Shown: one piece after another, positions 1 through 13,099 of the stretch
Numbering within the stretch: the first letter of the stretch is position 1
Layout: each line of letters begins with the position of its first letter
The notes under the pieces: generated by a model
What the model was told of the DNA's origin: nothing
The model's input: the letters and a program-made list of their open reading frames with translations, nothing else
Databases searched by the model: none
Assembly (NCBI GenBank): GCA_013265495.1
Contig: MU058213.1
Coordinates: forward strand, 1,674,001-1,738,000
Direction of reading: 5' to 3'
Origin: Vicugna vicugna
Lineage: Eukaryota
DNA length: 64,000 nucleotides
Translations under genes and position numbers: made by a program

Positions 1-210
1 ATGTCATCTAGAAGGTACTCACTGAAGATGGCAGAGCCACCACTGGCTTGGTCCTTGAAAGAATGTGAAGATCTAAGCCTCTATCCCCAAATCTCCCACC
101 TTGAATTGGACACTCATGTTTGATTATTGTGGATGGGAGAAATAAGCTTCTTTATTCTTTTAAGTCTCTGCTGGAGTCTCTTTGATGTAGTAGCTTAGCC
201 TACTCTAAAC
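1..210 (+). mobile_element. MaLR LTR (MLT1-type) 3' portion
   Basis: 'gaagatggcagagcc...gggagaaataagcttc...ttttaagtc...tagcttagcctactctaa' resembles MLT1 LTR 3' end motifs. Confidence 0.6.
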
Positions 211-596
211 AGGGAGCAGAGTATTTCCCACATTTCCCTCAAAACACAACCTGGCTCTGTCATATGGTGATCGGACATGGGAGAGCATTAGAGGAGGCAT
301 TCAAGAAGGGCAAGTAGCTTCTGTACAGAATTCATTGACAGATATCTCCATCTAGTCATGGAAGGATCTCCAGACGTCAGGGCCTGCTGGCAGCAGACAT
401 CAACAAACAGGCTGGAACAGGAAAATATGAGCCTACATGCTTTTAGCACTGGTGAAACTCTCATAGAGACTCTCAGAAATAGATGGGGCATAATTAAGGC
501 TACAGGGAGAACAGTTTGCTCCTACATAAGCAGCCAAAGGTTACTAGCTACAATATTTGCAATGTTAATATTTCTTAATGACACCTAATTTTCACT

Positions 597-1445
597 TTGT
601 ATCAGAATGCTTTGGGCTGCAAGAAACAGTCAACTTGAGTTAGATTGGCTTAAACAATATATGCATTTTTAAATTTTATATAAGAAAGCACTAATGTGGA
701 ATAGGCTCTGGGTCATGTGCAAGCAGGGATCTGTGTCTCTTCTCTGTGCTTCTCTCAGCTTTCTAACCTCCATGGGGGTGCTTTTTCCTCAGGTTGGCTT
801 TTCTAATCATCACAAGATGGCTCTCAGCAGCAAGTGTTGCAATATGCTTTCTTGTTCATCTCCAGTAAGAAATAGAGAAGTGGGAGGAAAGGGAGGAAGG
901 GAAAGAGGATGAGAGAAAGCAAATGAGATATATAACTGTTCTCCAAACCATAGAATCAGGTTCTACTCTTTAGTCTTACTGAGTCAACTCAAGTCATGTA
1001 CCCACCCCTAGACCAATAACTGTTCTCAAGGAAATGCTGTAAACTAAGGGCTTAAGCTGAGACTCCTGACCATCATTGGTAAAGAATATGTGATTGTCAC
1101 AATGGCCTAAACCAAGGGCTTGCAAACTGTGGCCCACAGGCCAAATCCAGCCAGATACCTTTTAATTGTGGCCTAGGAGGTAAGGTTGATTTTTCACCTT
1201 TTTAAATTGTTATACAGGAATTTAAATAAAAGCTTCGTTTTGCCTCTTGGCCTATAAATTCTAAAATACTTGCTATCTGTCCTAGTAAGAATAAGTTTGC
1301 AAACTCCTAGTCTAGACCAATCAGAATCTGTCTCTGCAGGTGGGGATGATGGACCACTTTCGTTGAGGCACATGTGTGGTTTGGGAGAATTCCCCAAATG
1401 CTAGGAAGGTTGCTTGGAATTAGAAGGATAGAAACAACTAATGTG
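597..1445 (-). mobile_element. Old MLT1 (J/K/L-like) MaLR LTR, interrupted by a MER58 element
   Basis: 'tgtatcagaatgctttgggctgcaagaaacag...ttggcttaaacaa', 'cacaagatggct', 'ccaataactgt' motifs; LTR-like sequence resumes after 1317. Confidence 0.6.
1113..1309. mobile_element. MER58-like hAT-Charlie non-autonomous DNA transposon
   Basis: Termini 'caagggcttgcaaact' and 'agtttgcaaactccta' form degenerate TIRs; internal 'ggcccacaggccaaatccagcc'; degenerate 8-bp TSD gcctaaac (1105-1112) / gtctagac (1310-1317). Confidence 0.75.
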
Positions 1446-2646
1446 GCAATGTCAAATACTTATAAAATTTGGTTAACTGTGTCACAATTCCCTCCATTAG
1501 GGTATACAAATAATTTTACTAATCAATATTTATTATGCTGAACTCTGTTCTAGACACACAATAATAATCAGAACTTGCCTATGAACAATTTCTTATCCTT
1601 AATCTTGCCCAAACATGTAAGATTCCCCACGACCTTTTGTTTTGATGTGGTGTGGGGCATGAGGGAAGACAGGGTCTCAGATAATACATGTATAAAGTGG
1701 ACTCCCTATTTCTTAAGGCACCAACCACATCAAATGAAATAGAGCACTGAAAGAAATAAGACCTTCTTGGTGCAGACTGGGGTCACCCATAAATGCTATT
1801 CACTTAAGCTCTCCAAAAGGCTTAAACAGTCATATAAACCTTGGTCTCGTGTTTTGAAAGTAATTAGAGAAATGTGCAATTTAGATTTAAAAAATCAATG
1901 TAAATTAGTCTTAATCTGAATTTACTTTAAAAGGAAGGCAAATAGTCCAAGAGGTAGTATAATGATTAGGAATCAATTTTTACTTGTCCTATTTTTTAAT
2001 GTCTCATGTATTTGGTATCTGAGACCAACTCTACAACAAGGTTAAAAGTAAGGTAAAACACCATCATATTATGGTTGGATGATTGGATTCTGTCTATTTA
2101 CTTAAGAGGCTTTGAGACTACAGTTTAGTTTAAGATTTATCCAAGTATCCAAGTATCAAGGCTGATACTTGGAATGGAGGTCCAGGGGTGCAAACTATAA
2201 TCTTTGCCCAACTGTCTAGGGGCACAAAGAAATTAACCAAGGGATAAAGAGAGAACATTTGTGAAATTGCTTATGTTCTACAGTGAAGGCTGCTGGTTTG
2301 GAACATAGTCTTTACTTGAGGGGTTGATTTAAGTCACTGCTTAAAATGTGACCTGAGGCAAGTTTGGTGAAATTTATGGTTTGTAAACTGTAGTGTACAA
2401 TGCAATCATTAGGCATTATGGTTATTCTTCTGTTTTACTCTTCCATGTCAGTTCCTTCATCTATCCCTCATTGCTTTTAAGATCTTTATTTCTGCTAAGA
2501 AAAGGTGATCACACTCAAAAGCCATTCTAGGCCTAAGAGGGGAATATGTGAGTTGTGTGTGCGTGCATGTATGTGAGCTTCTATGTCATGAATCATAAGG
2601 ATTAGCTATTGATCAGATGGAGTAAGAAGAATCAAAATACTAGTTA

Positions 2647-2870
2647 TAATTTATTGAGAGCCTACTATAAGCCAAGCACCATAAAGACTCTTTGTATATA
2701 TTATTTCTCATCCACACAAATAGACTTGGGGTTACATATTGTCCCTGGCCTATAGGTGAGGAAATGAGGCTTGGAGAGATTTGGAGAGTCTGCTCAGCTA
2801 ACAAAGGTGGTGAGGAGCAGAGCCTGGATTCATAGCTTGTGCACAAAAGCCTTGTTCTTCTCCTAGGCCA
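2647..2870 (-). mobile_element. MIR SINE
   Basis: 'tttattgagagcctacta', core 'taggtgaggaaatgaggcttggagagatt'. Confidence 0.65.
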
Positions 2871-3055
2871 CATAACCTCTCCTGTAAACAGTTGATATAT
2901 CTTAAAACAGTCCGTGTTCTCCTAGGCAGGGAGAACAGCTGACAGTTAACTTCTTATGGCTCTCTATGCTTTCTCTGGAGGTGGAACACCTTTCAGAAAT
3001 TAGAATAATTTTATTTTGGAAACATGCTGGGGCTAGGATGCTCTCTCTGCAATAA

Positions 3056-3100
3056 AACAACAACAACAACAACAACAACAACAGTAGTAGTAGTAGTAGT
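3056..3100. repeat. Compound (AAC)n(AGT)n microsatellite at the tail of a MIR (MIR about 3105-3280, minus)
   Basis: Directly visible trinucleotide repeats; followed by MIR-like 'aactgaatcagagaa...atttgccaaggtcacatgg'. Confidence 0.9.
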
Positions 3101-4534
3101 TAACAGTTATTGATAGATTATCATGTATTACCTGGGAGGTAAGTTCTATTATCATTATCTCTCTTTTGGTTCCCACCCTGAACTGAATCAGAGAAAAGAT
3201 GAGCAATTTGCCAAGGTCACATGGACACTAGAGGCAGATCCAGGACTCACACTAAGGCCATCCAAAGAGCACACACTGAGCAAGTTCCCTGGGCAAGGCT
3301 ATCAGGATGGACCCCCCAGTTCTATAGGCAACTGACCAATCAGCATGGCTCACTGAAGCTTCTGAGCCTTGGTTGGATTTTCATCTGTACAACAGAAATG
3401 AATTCTGTCCTGGTGGTCCTCTCCTCTGGGGATGGGGGAGCACAGAGACTGCAAAATGTGAGAAGAGAGATTCTTCTACCCCTGCAGTTTTTCCTTGGGG
3501 GATGATTTTTCTTCTCCTGGCAGTTTTTGGTCTGTGAATACCTCTGGGTAAAGCCTGGAAGATAGAAAACCTTCTCCATTTAGGGCCCATCCAAGATTTA
3601 AAAAAAAGGAGAAGAGAGAAAAGTTTCCTCTGTTTGTATCTAGATCTCCATGACCTGCTGAACTTTGCAGTCATTTCCCATGCAGTTTGTTCAGATCAGA
3701 GGTTTGGTTGGTGGATCTAGTAGGGCATAATCCCCAAAGCAACCATTATGCTTATATTTTAGAATCAGTAGTTCCCAGGAGCTCTCCCACCTGGAGAGCC
3801 AAATCAAAACAAGCTAGGATAAGACCCAGCTGGACTCAGGCTTTCAGGCACCAAGACTGTCCTCAGTGGATCCCAGCATGGGACGTCCACAAGCACCCAG
3901 GTAGCAGCTGCACCAGACAACCATCTGCTTGAGCACTGTTTGAGACTGTGGAAGCTGTGCCAGATTTTTTCATCCCCAAAGGAAAGCAGCCCCTATGGCC
4001 ACAAGTCAGGGAGGCTCAGGTGGCAAAGGGTCTGATGTTCTTCATAGCTGTGCCACTGGAACCTGGTATGGGGTCTGGCTTAGTAAAAACTTGTTAAAGT
4101 TGCTAACTCACTCTATCTCTATGGACACTTCACCTCTCTCAGAGACATTTCCCATACCTAAGAGATAGAAATAATACCTCATGGGATCATTTTAAGTTCA
4201 AAATGAGACAAGGCTTATAAATAAGCTTGTTAAATTTCAAAGCATTTTATAAATATGAAAGATATAAGAAAGCTCCCTTTTTATATTACCACTTCTCAAA
4301 AACACCCAGGTAGGTAAATTATCCTGCTTCCATGACAGTCAGGGTACAAGGTCATAAGGGAATGGGACTCCTATCTCACTGGGCATTTTGGAGGAGTGAA
4401 TAATGCACTGAAAACATGTACAGTGTTTGGTTAAGGAGGATTTTGTAATAGTAGCCCCCAACTCACAGAATCCCCATTATTTTTGTGGTGATCTCTAAAT
4501 AGTCCAAGAAATTTCCTCAATCAGTGAACATATT

Positions 4535-4745
4535 GTGGTTGTCACTTACGCTATTCACCAAATGTTTTCATTTTTCCCCTTCAGGGCATACAAGAGAATT
4601 GCATTTCCCTGCTTCTTCTTGAAGATGGGGTGGCTGTGTGTGCTGGGAAGTCTCTGTTTGCTCTTTAGATACATTTCTTACCTCTCTCTGCTCTACTTCA
4701 TGCTCCAGAGGGTTGATCCTATGGACTGCATGTTCCAGGTGCCTT
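4535..4745 (+). mobile_element. MLT1 5' fragment followed by LTR33-like ERVL LTR fragment
   Basis: 'tgtggttgtc...gaattgcatttccctgcttc' and 'gtctctgtttgctctttagatac...tcctatggactgcat'. Confidence 0.45.
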
Positions 4746-4959
4746 AACAATTTTGTCACCATTTACCCTACATATTAGAGTGAGTTGTCCTCTCTTTTGA
4801 GATTTAATGATGAAATTAACCTAATCCACAGCTTGGATTGCCTGTCTTGTTGTACTTAATAGGCCATCGTTATTTTGTATTTTTTCCCTAGATATAGTAG
4901 TTATCCATTCCATTTATCTATGCCCGCTCCCAAACCCACAGTCATAAGGCTGTGGTGTG

Positions 4960-5658
4960 TGTAACAGATTTTACTAAATATATGGAGAAGGAGGCAGTTT
5001 ATGTCACAATTAGACAAACAGCTTAGAATTAAATAGCAGATATTTTAATTCAGGTATTGTCCTTCATTCTTTCTACCAATTCAGGCTTTAGTCCTTCATA
5101 AACTTGCTCATTCTGCTCCTCCTTCCAAACCCAGCTCTGGGCGTCCATTTGTGTAACAAAGGTTGTTAATAGCTCTGTGAGATGGGAGGGCAGTTTCTCT
5201 AGGCTTCTACTTCTCCTCCTCCTCCACCTGTCTCTGCAGTGGGAAGGGAGCTAACATTCCACACAGACATGGCTTATGTCACCTCACCCCCATACTCTTC
5301 TCTACAGCCCCATCCATCACTGGGCACCTTCAGAACACAAAAGCAGGCATAGCCAATTTGGGTTGTAAATGCCTACCCTTCTCCACATGCACTTGCTTTG
5401 CAGTTTGAATTGCCTTCCTTTGCTTCTTCTTACCATAGATATGGAAAAATCTTGAAGATACTGACCAAGACAAAAGGGGAGCCTAACTCTAGTAAAGACC
5501 ACAGACCACTAGGGCTAATGTACAGTTGCTGCACAAAGGCTTCCCATTGGAGTATGGGAATCAGAGCCGCTTGATACCAAACTTTGGTCAGCAGCCAGAC
5601 TTATTCTCCTTATTCTCTGGGCATAGACACCCTAGGGACTTAAACAGGGGTGTTCACA
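4960..5658 (-). mobile_element. Putative ancient solo LTR (family unassigned)
   Basis: About 700 bp with TG...CA termini (tgtaaca...tgttcaca) and 5-bp flanks gtgtg/gtttg matching at 4 of 5; strand is a guess. Confidence 0.4.
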
Positions 5659-5989
5659 GTTTGGGGAGTTCTGGATCCTGGCCATCTCTCCATTTCTTTC
5701 TATTACAAATTATCAAAGCAAATCCCTCTTAATTGGTAGGAAATTGATACAAAGCCTATGTCACACCTTTTCTAACTCAGAATAGCTCCTCTTTTTCCAT
5801 CCTCTTCACTAATGTCCTGTTTCAGGTCCTCATATCGTTTGCCTGAACTGTGCTGTCTCCCAGTGTTCCACATGCCTTCTGCTCACTGTCACCCTGCCTG
5901 CTTATGAGCGTCCTAAAATCAGATGCATTGGGTGAACCTCTTCTCTATATTTTAGTTAAAAAATATGTTCTTTGTGGATTTTATCTTTA

Positions 5990-7070
5990 ATAGAAGAAGT
6001 TGGACTTACTTGTAAAAATATAGATAATAAATATTTAGAGAAAAAAAGTGAAAGTCCTCATGACCTGGCTCCAATCATTCCCTTGAGGTAGCCACAATTA
6101 ATGGTTTATTTTGTGTCATTCCATACATTTTCTTATGTAGTACAAACACATGCACAGACATAAATACATGCGCACATCTATGTGTATATATATGCATACT
6201 TTGGTAAATGCTTTTCTGCAACTTGACCTTTTCACTTAAAAATATATGGTGAGATCTTTCCATATCAATATGTATCAACCTACCCTTTATTTTCAAAGGC
6301 TGTGATATAGTCCATTTATTTTATGGCTTTACTGATATTTATTTAACCAATCCACTATTGACAAATATTTAAGTGGTTAATGGTTTTCACTGTTACAGAC
6401 TTTGTTCATCACTGAATAGTCTTATATCTGTGTATTTTTGAGATTTTTAAATGCCTGCTAAACCTTGCTTTCAGACCCATAGTATTTTCAAAAATTAAAA
6501 CATTTTCTGTCATAAGTGTACAGTTTAAAATATCAAATAACACTAGATTTATAATGAAAATGAGCAGTCCCTTGCTCCTCCCCACTGTACATTCCCAACT
6601 TCAACTCCCCATATGCAGCTTCTTTTAACTCCTGTACTTGTACTATGATTTCATTTCTTTTTTCATACAATTTTTTATATTCTCTGGAATTATTATCTTA
6701 TTTCTTCATTTTCTCAATTTTCCATGTATGTATCACTTATTGACCCCAAATTTATCAACAGAAGTGAAGATTTTATTTCTATACTTTCAGATGTTTTGCA
6801 CAGCCCAACAGTTTCTTTTTTATTTTAATGAAATAATATTTCTTTATTCATCCATCGCTGGACACTCAGGTTGTTTCCCCAACAGTTTATTTTATTTTTC
6901 TTGGAGGTCTTTCTCTATAGATTTCTGTCCTTTTTTCCTAATCAGGGATCATTTTTTCCCCCCTGGCTGTCAGTTGTCATCCTGGGACTGGCATCCCATT
7001 AAGCTGGGTACTCTTTCTCTTGTGTTGAATTTCCTGTTTCTTCAATGATAGATCTTCATTTTCCTTGTTT
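5990..7070 (-). mobile_element. Old L1ME-type 3' fragments
   Basis: 'tgcaacttgaccttttcacttaa', 'gagatctttccatatcaata', 'ttatttaaccaatccactattgac' typical of antisense L1ME 3' ends. Confidence 0.6.
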
Positions 7071-8174
7071 ACCACAGTATCCAGAGCACTTATCCCAATA
7101 CCTCCTTAGAGGTAGCATTAGAATATGTGTTGACTGACGGAATAAATAAAGGTGAGAAGAAATTAATGTCTTACCACTAGGCTAGACCACTGGTGGAGAC
7201 TCCAAAAAAAAAAAAAAAGCATATCTCAACATTTGCTAAGGATTTAGTGTAATCTCCAGAGAGTAAATTTGAGGCAACACAGGTAACAAGTAACCACATG
7301 TGTGTGAGCTTCATGGTCTAGCTTAGTGGTGAAATCCATTGCAGTGGAAAAGTATAAAGCTAGCTGCTCTGTACAGGAATTCTGCCTCATGCCCTTGGCC
7401 TCATTACTGCCCTACTCTATCCAACTAAGCCAACCAGCCATAGGCAAACAGCTCTTGAAATTGTCTGGTAAGCTGGCCCCAATATCATAGCCCCTGGCTT
7501 TCTGGCCCTAATGAGCATTGCTATTGTCCTTGAATTCAGCCCAATTCCTCCCAGCAGGCTTCCCTTTAAGGACATGTCTTAGCAGCAGCCCCTGCCCCAA
7601 CAAGGTGAAGAGGGTTTCCTCCTCTCATAATGACTCTCTATGTGTTTTGTCCAGACCAATTTACCACTGCAACCCACCTTCACTCAGTAGAGCTTTGCTC
7701 TAAGCTCCAGAGGTTAAGGTCAAGCTTTCTTCAAAAGTCTTTCTTCCAAAACCTTAAATCATTTATTTGTTTGCCTTCCACTGCACTTTTTCAAGCGCAG
7801 TCAGCATTACGCTTTCCTTGCCCACAGTTCAGAATTGCAGGGACCTTGTTGAACACAGACTGTTGATGCCTCACAGGCCCTCTTTGACTCTCAGATTTTC
7901 ACAAGAGCAGACAGCCCCCAGGTAAAAGCCCTTCTCTTACGGCTGCTGTTGGGTATTTCAGAATTCTTGGTTGTCAGGGACTGTTGCTTTCATCTGATTG
8001 CACAGATGTGGAAACTATCCAGCAAGCAGGTAAAGGTGAGAGGGCACTTTAAAGAGGGGATTTAAGAGCAAGTGTGAGGAGGCAGGAGACTAATCAGAGT
8101 GCGGGCTGCTTCGGGCGGTTTTTCTCTCCCATTTACCAAGTTGGGAGATTTTCACTTAAAATTAATGTTGACTC

Positions 8175-8340
8175 ATCCTTAACGAGAACCTACTCTGTAC
8201 CGATACTACATATATAGCATCTCATTGAATCTTCACAATAATTTGACAAGATAGGAAACTGAGGCTTCAGAAATTGACTCACTCAAGACCACATAACTAA
8301 TGAGCAGCCCAGCTGGGTTCCTGGAATGTGGATTTTGTAG
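8175..8340 (-). mobile_element. MIR SINE
   Basis: 'ctcattgaatcttcacaa...ggaaactgaggcttcag...caagaccaca'. Confidence 0.7.
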
Positions 8341-10089
8341 TGCTGAAAGAAGGAGAGTCTCCTGCAGGCCAGGACAAATCTCTCACCCTCTGATAACACT
8401 GAAAGGCCATATCCATTCCAGAGTTCCCCACTGGGTTGGCCAAAGCTTTGCTGTATCACAGTTCTATTTTTCCATCTGTCAATCTGTTTCTTCCCCTCTT
8501 CTATAGGTGTTGACCCCTGATTAGCATCTTGTACATCAGATTCTTAGCCTTTGCTCCTGGAGACCCCCTACAGACTCCCTCTGCCACAGAGTATCAGTGC
8601 CTTAGAGAAATGCAGAAGAACCCCAACTACCAAAGCCCCAGGCACAAAAGGGTACCATATGCAGAAAGGTATTGGGTACTGGATCTGACATTTCTACTCT
8701 CAGACAGAGAGACTATCCAACTGCAAAAGTCATAGCACAGAGGACCAGGCTGATGATATTCTGACTTGCTCAGCTTTCATTGGTTAGGAGAGAGGAGGAA
8801 ACAGCCTGCAGGTAACCCGAGGCATCTAGAAGAGGGCAAGGGGTGATGGGCAACACGACTTTGCTCAGACATTTACACAACTACTCCTCTTCCCCTTTGC
8901 AGATGTGTTCTTGTTACTATCTTGTCTCAGCTGCTTGGGTATGCTCTTCTTTTCTAAACCTACCTGGCTTTTAAATGTGGCTGCATTTTATAACTGACTG
9001 AAGGGCTTTCTAGGTGCAGGTTTCTTAATTTAAAAATGGATTTTGGTTTGGATGTACTTTTTTAGTTACAAAAAAATCCTACTCCTAGAAATGATGTGTG
9101 CCCTATAGGTCAGAGATGATGCCTTTCCTATAGGAAAATCCACCTCCAAGTCCCAAAGTAGTCATATATGTCCACCCTCCTCAGGTGTGCCTTAAGATGG
9201 GACATGCCTCTTTGCACATGGCCTAAGGCCCCTGAAGTTGCCCAGACAGGATGGTTTGGGACAGGTGTTTGGACAGGAAGATAGACAGTAGTGGAGGAGT
9301 CATCTCCTCTAATAGTCAGAGTCCTCTCTATGTGACAGCTCTGCTACATCCGCATCACATACTTCTTTACACTTCATCACACCTGTTCACACTTAGGGGC
9401 ATTGACAAATCAATTAACAGCATCCTCTTGGTGCTCACACATCACTTTGCATCAAACTGGCCATTCTTTTGACAGGGGCTGACGTTTACCATCCTTGTTG
9501 GAAACTTTCCAAGGAATGAATCAAAATATAACCAAACCTGATTGCAAAATCATTGGGAGAATTACTAAGAGCCAACAGACATTTCAAGTTGTAAGTGGGA
9601 GTGAAATCTCTGTTGTTTATTTTAATATGACAGCTGTTGCAATGTACGGAGTACCAACTGCCACTAGCTATGCACCTGACCTTGGGGAAAGAGGATTCCC
9701 TCTGAACTGAGTTGATCGTTAAGAAAATGCAGATAATACTCATCATGATTTTCAACTCACAAGACTGTTGAGGATCTAGTGAAATTCTGTGTGTGAAAGC
9801 ACTCTTGCCAAACAGCGAAGGACTATCTCAATATGCTGCATAAACATGAACTATAGAACAATCAATCCAACAATAGTAGATTGATGAAGAAACTCATCAG
9901 AAAGGCTGGCAAATACACAAACAAACAAAACAGTGGTAATGGCCATCATGGATAGCACAGCCAGATGGAATTAAGTCTTACAAAGAGATTGTTTTGTAGA
10001 GGATATTTTTTACTTGGTTTCCTACAATTCAGACATCAAAAGTTTGATTAAAGTAGTCATGCAGGAAGTTTTTTTAAAGACTGGTCTGA

Positions 10090-10210
10090 AAAAGGCACAG
10101 AGAGATTAAGTGACTCATTTGAGGTCACACAGCTAATAAGCATAGGAGCTGGGACTCAGTCCAGGCAGTCTGACCCCAAATCTGTGCATGAAACATTCAC
10201 AATACTGCTT
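10090..10210 (-). mobile_element. MIR SINE fragment
   Basis: 'ggcacagagagattaagtgactcatttgaggtcacacagctaataag...ggcagtctgacccc'. Confidence 0.75.
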
Positions 10211-13099
10211 CCATGAGAGAGGAGGAAAGAAGGTGAAAGTAAAGTGAGTGATTGACAGGCTCTGAGTGGGGCAAGGAGTAAAAAAGTATTTTATGCAGAA
10301 TGCACAATGATATGAAGCAGGAAGCTGTGGGGAAGGGGAGACCAGGGCAGCTGCCAGTCTAATTTGGCAGGCAGCAGAGTGAAGAAATGCAGCTTATTTT
10401 TAGCAAGAACAGCTCAGCAACAGCATAGCCTGAGAAATGCTAAAGTTGATCCTCAGACGTAAGATCTACGCACAGTTGATGGAGTAACAGGCTGAGATCA
10501 TGGATGTCTGGAAGTAAGAGGGCCTCTGGGAAGGCTTCAGATTTTCAAGATACATCTTCATACGTATAAGAACAGCAATGACTACAGCAGCATTGGCAAA
10601 CAGGAGACATCAGCAATCTTGCAGTGGAAATCCTGTGTAAAATCCTAAGACTTTCTAGAGAGCTCTGAGCAGGCCCTTAGTCCTTACGAAGGCCACAAAG
10701 ACCAGAGAGGATAAAAGCAACTAGTGTGCAAAATTCACATTACCCCTTGCCAGGAAAATACCTCCCCCAGGTACCCAAATAGTGGGAGAAGCCTTCTCCT
10801 GTATTCAAAGTCCAATCTTTAATTGAATCTGAGTCTTTCCCTGAATTTTAGGGAAACATGCAAACAGATCCATCATTCTGTTCCTTGCTCTGGGATTTCT
10901 CTGCCAACCTCTTCTCCCTCCTAGGGAATTGGCATGAGAGTTGGGTTGTAGACTATCTATCATACTATCCCAAGAATGAATTTCTGGGATAGAGAGGATT
11001 TCCCATCACTTAATATGAGAATTTACTCTTCTCCTTCATTAGGGAATCTGCTAGGCACATTGGACACATTGGACAGGCGATTAGTCAGCTTTCTAACATC
11101 CTGCAAAAACACCATGGAGGTCTCTGTTCTCCCTAGTGGGTGGAGTTTTGAATACTTGGATGAGCTACTGTGGGCCTTTTCTTTTCTTTTACCACCAGCC
11201 TTTTCATTCCTTAATTCCCATACTTTGCCTTTTTCCAGCCACAAGAAGAGATATCCTCAAGATTACTGGTGACTTCCAAATTCATTAAACTTCCCTTAGT
11301 CTACATGCCTCATAATATCCAGGCTGCATTCAACACCAGCTCTGTCTTAAATCTGTCTTCTCCTGTGGCATTCTTGATTCCACTTGGTCCCTGTTCTTCT
11401 CTTACCTCCCTGGCTGTGATTGCTTTCCCTCCTCTCTGCCCTTCTCCTTCCCATCACTAGGTCCCACACACAAAACTTAGCTCTCAGGTGAGTACTAGGC
11501 CTTGCTTTGGAGGGCTGAACAAAACAGGCTACTTCAGGGAGGATTTCTTAATATCTGGAGCAGCTTAGAGAATTGGGGTGGGGGGTAGGGTTGTTTCTTA
11601 ACCAGAAATATAGGGATATGCAGAATGATTTTGGCCTCTAGCACAGTTTTATCTTTAATTGGAGGATCAGGCTCATTGAAGAGCAATTTTATTTTTGCTT
11701 ATTTTTCAAAAGAGAAACGACATGTTCTGACAGTTTGATACTGTGTATGAAATCGCTGATTTATCTTGTCTTGGGACCAAATCTGGCAGCTAGAGTTCTA
11801 TGATGCTTATTTTTATAAATATAAATATATCAGTTAAGTCACTATAAAACACTGCTGTTGAGGGACAAAGAAGCCTCCATCCTTATTGGTAGCCACTTTA
11901 TGTGAAGTTATGTTTTAAGTGATCACGCTGCCTTATGGTAAATCTGGATCAACATAGTAACTGGGCATGCCATAACACTGTTCAGCTAGATAATAAAATA
12001 TGGTATGTTTGGTTTAAGATACAGTTAGGTGATTTTAAGTATTATTTTCTGCATGAATGTTGTTAATGTTAACTAGTACCATCCCTCTTGCTTTCTCCAT
12101 GAAGTATCCCACAGTTGCATCAATAATGATGCATGAATAAAATGAATAAAAGCAAATGAAATTTATGTTAAGACTCAGTAACCTTTTAAATCGTTTGAAT
12201 TAAGGATTTCTCAATTAGAGGCAAAAGGCAGACCTAGGGAAAGAAATGTGTGAGTATTTACTTTCTGTTTAAAGACTTTTTGGATTAAAAGATATAAACG
12301 GATAACACCACAAAATTAGTTTTGCTGTGATGGCAAGGTTAAGACTTCTGCTGTTGCTAGGATATACCGCCCTATCACAGCTGATCTTGACGGTGAAAAT
12401 TGGTGCCTTAATTTCCCAGTGGTCCGTGCTTCTTCTGACTTAGGCCTCATTCTGGTTAATCACACTGTCATTCTCACTGCAGATTGCCTTTTGACATCTT
12501 CATCTGCACAAGGATCCTGCAGCCAAGGCTCAGTGTGTAGAGTTGATTCCACAGTCTTCAGTGGTCGAGGTCTGGTCTCTGGGATCTGGTGCTGATGAGG
12601 GAAGAAAAGGGCTTAGGAAGAACGTGTGCCATTTCTGGAAGTAAGATTCTTTCTCTTTGTGTGTATGGGGCTATGATTGGGAGCCATATGCAAATGAAAT
12701 TATGGCAAGAATCTTAATGTGCAAAGCTAGAGTCTGCAACAGTTAGACCCAGTAATCTCTAGTGAAATAATAATAATAAAATAAAATCTATCTTATGTTT
12801 TTGAATCCACAGAAGATGGGAAAATCAGGTTTATTATATTTGAATATCTAGCTTTTATCAACCCCTATTTTATGTCTTTAACCAGGTAGTACATAAATAA
12901 AAGACTCTGAGCCAGTACCTCACTTCCTAAGTCTGCAATGGCTCATCCAAAGTATTTCTGTGTTGCCAGTTATTTCAATACTCAAAAATGTCAAGGACAA
13001 ATATTTCTCATTAGAATGTTATCCCAATAGAAAACCCTGACTTAAATTATCACTGGCATTTATTTATCATCTAATTTTAGTTCTAGTATTTAACATATA

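Noticed and set aside
6638..7048. 136-aa hydrophobic ORF resembling a membrane protein
   Set aside because: Phe/Leu richness comes from T-rich antisense L1-like sequence; no ATG start or recognisable family.
8006..8035. Possible 24/30-nt microexon (cacag|ATGTGG...CAG|gtaaag or AAG|gtgaga)
   Set aside because: Modest pyrimidine tract and no supporting transcript context; indistinguishable from chance.
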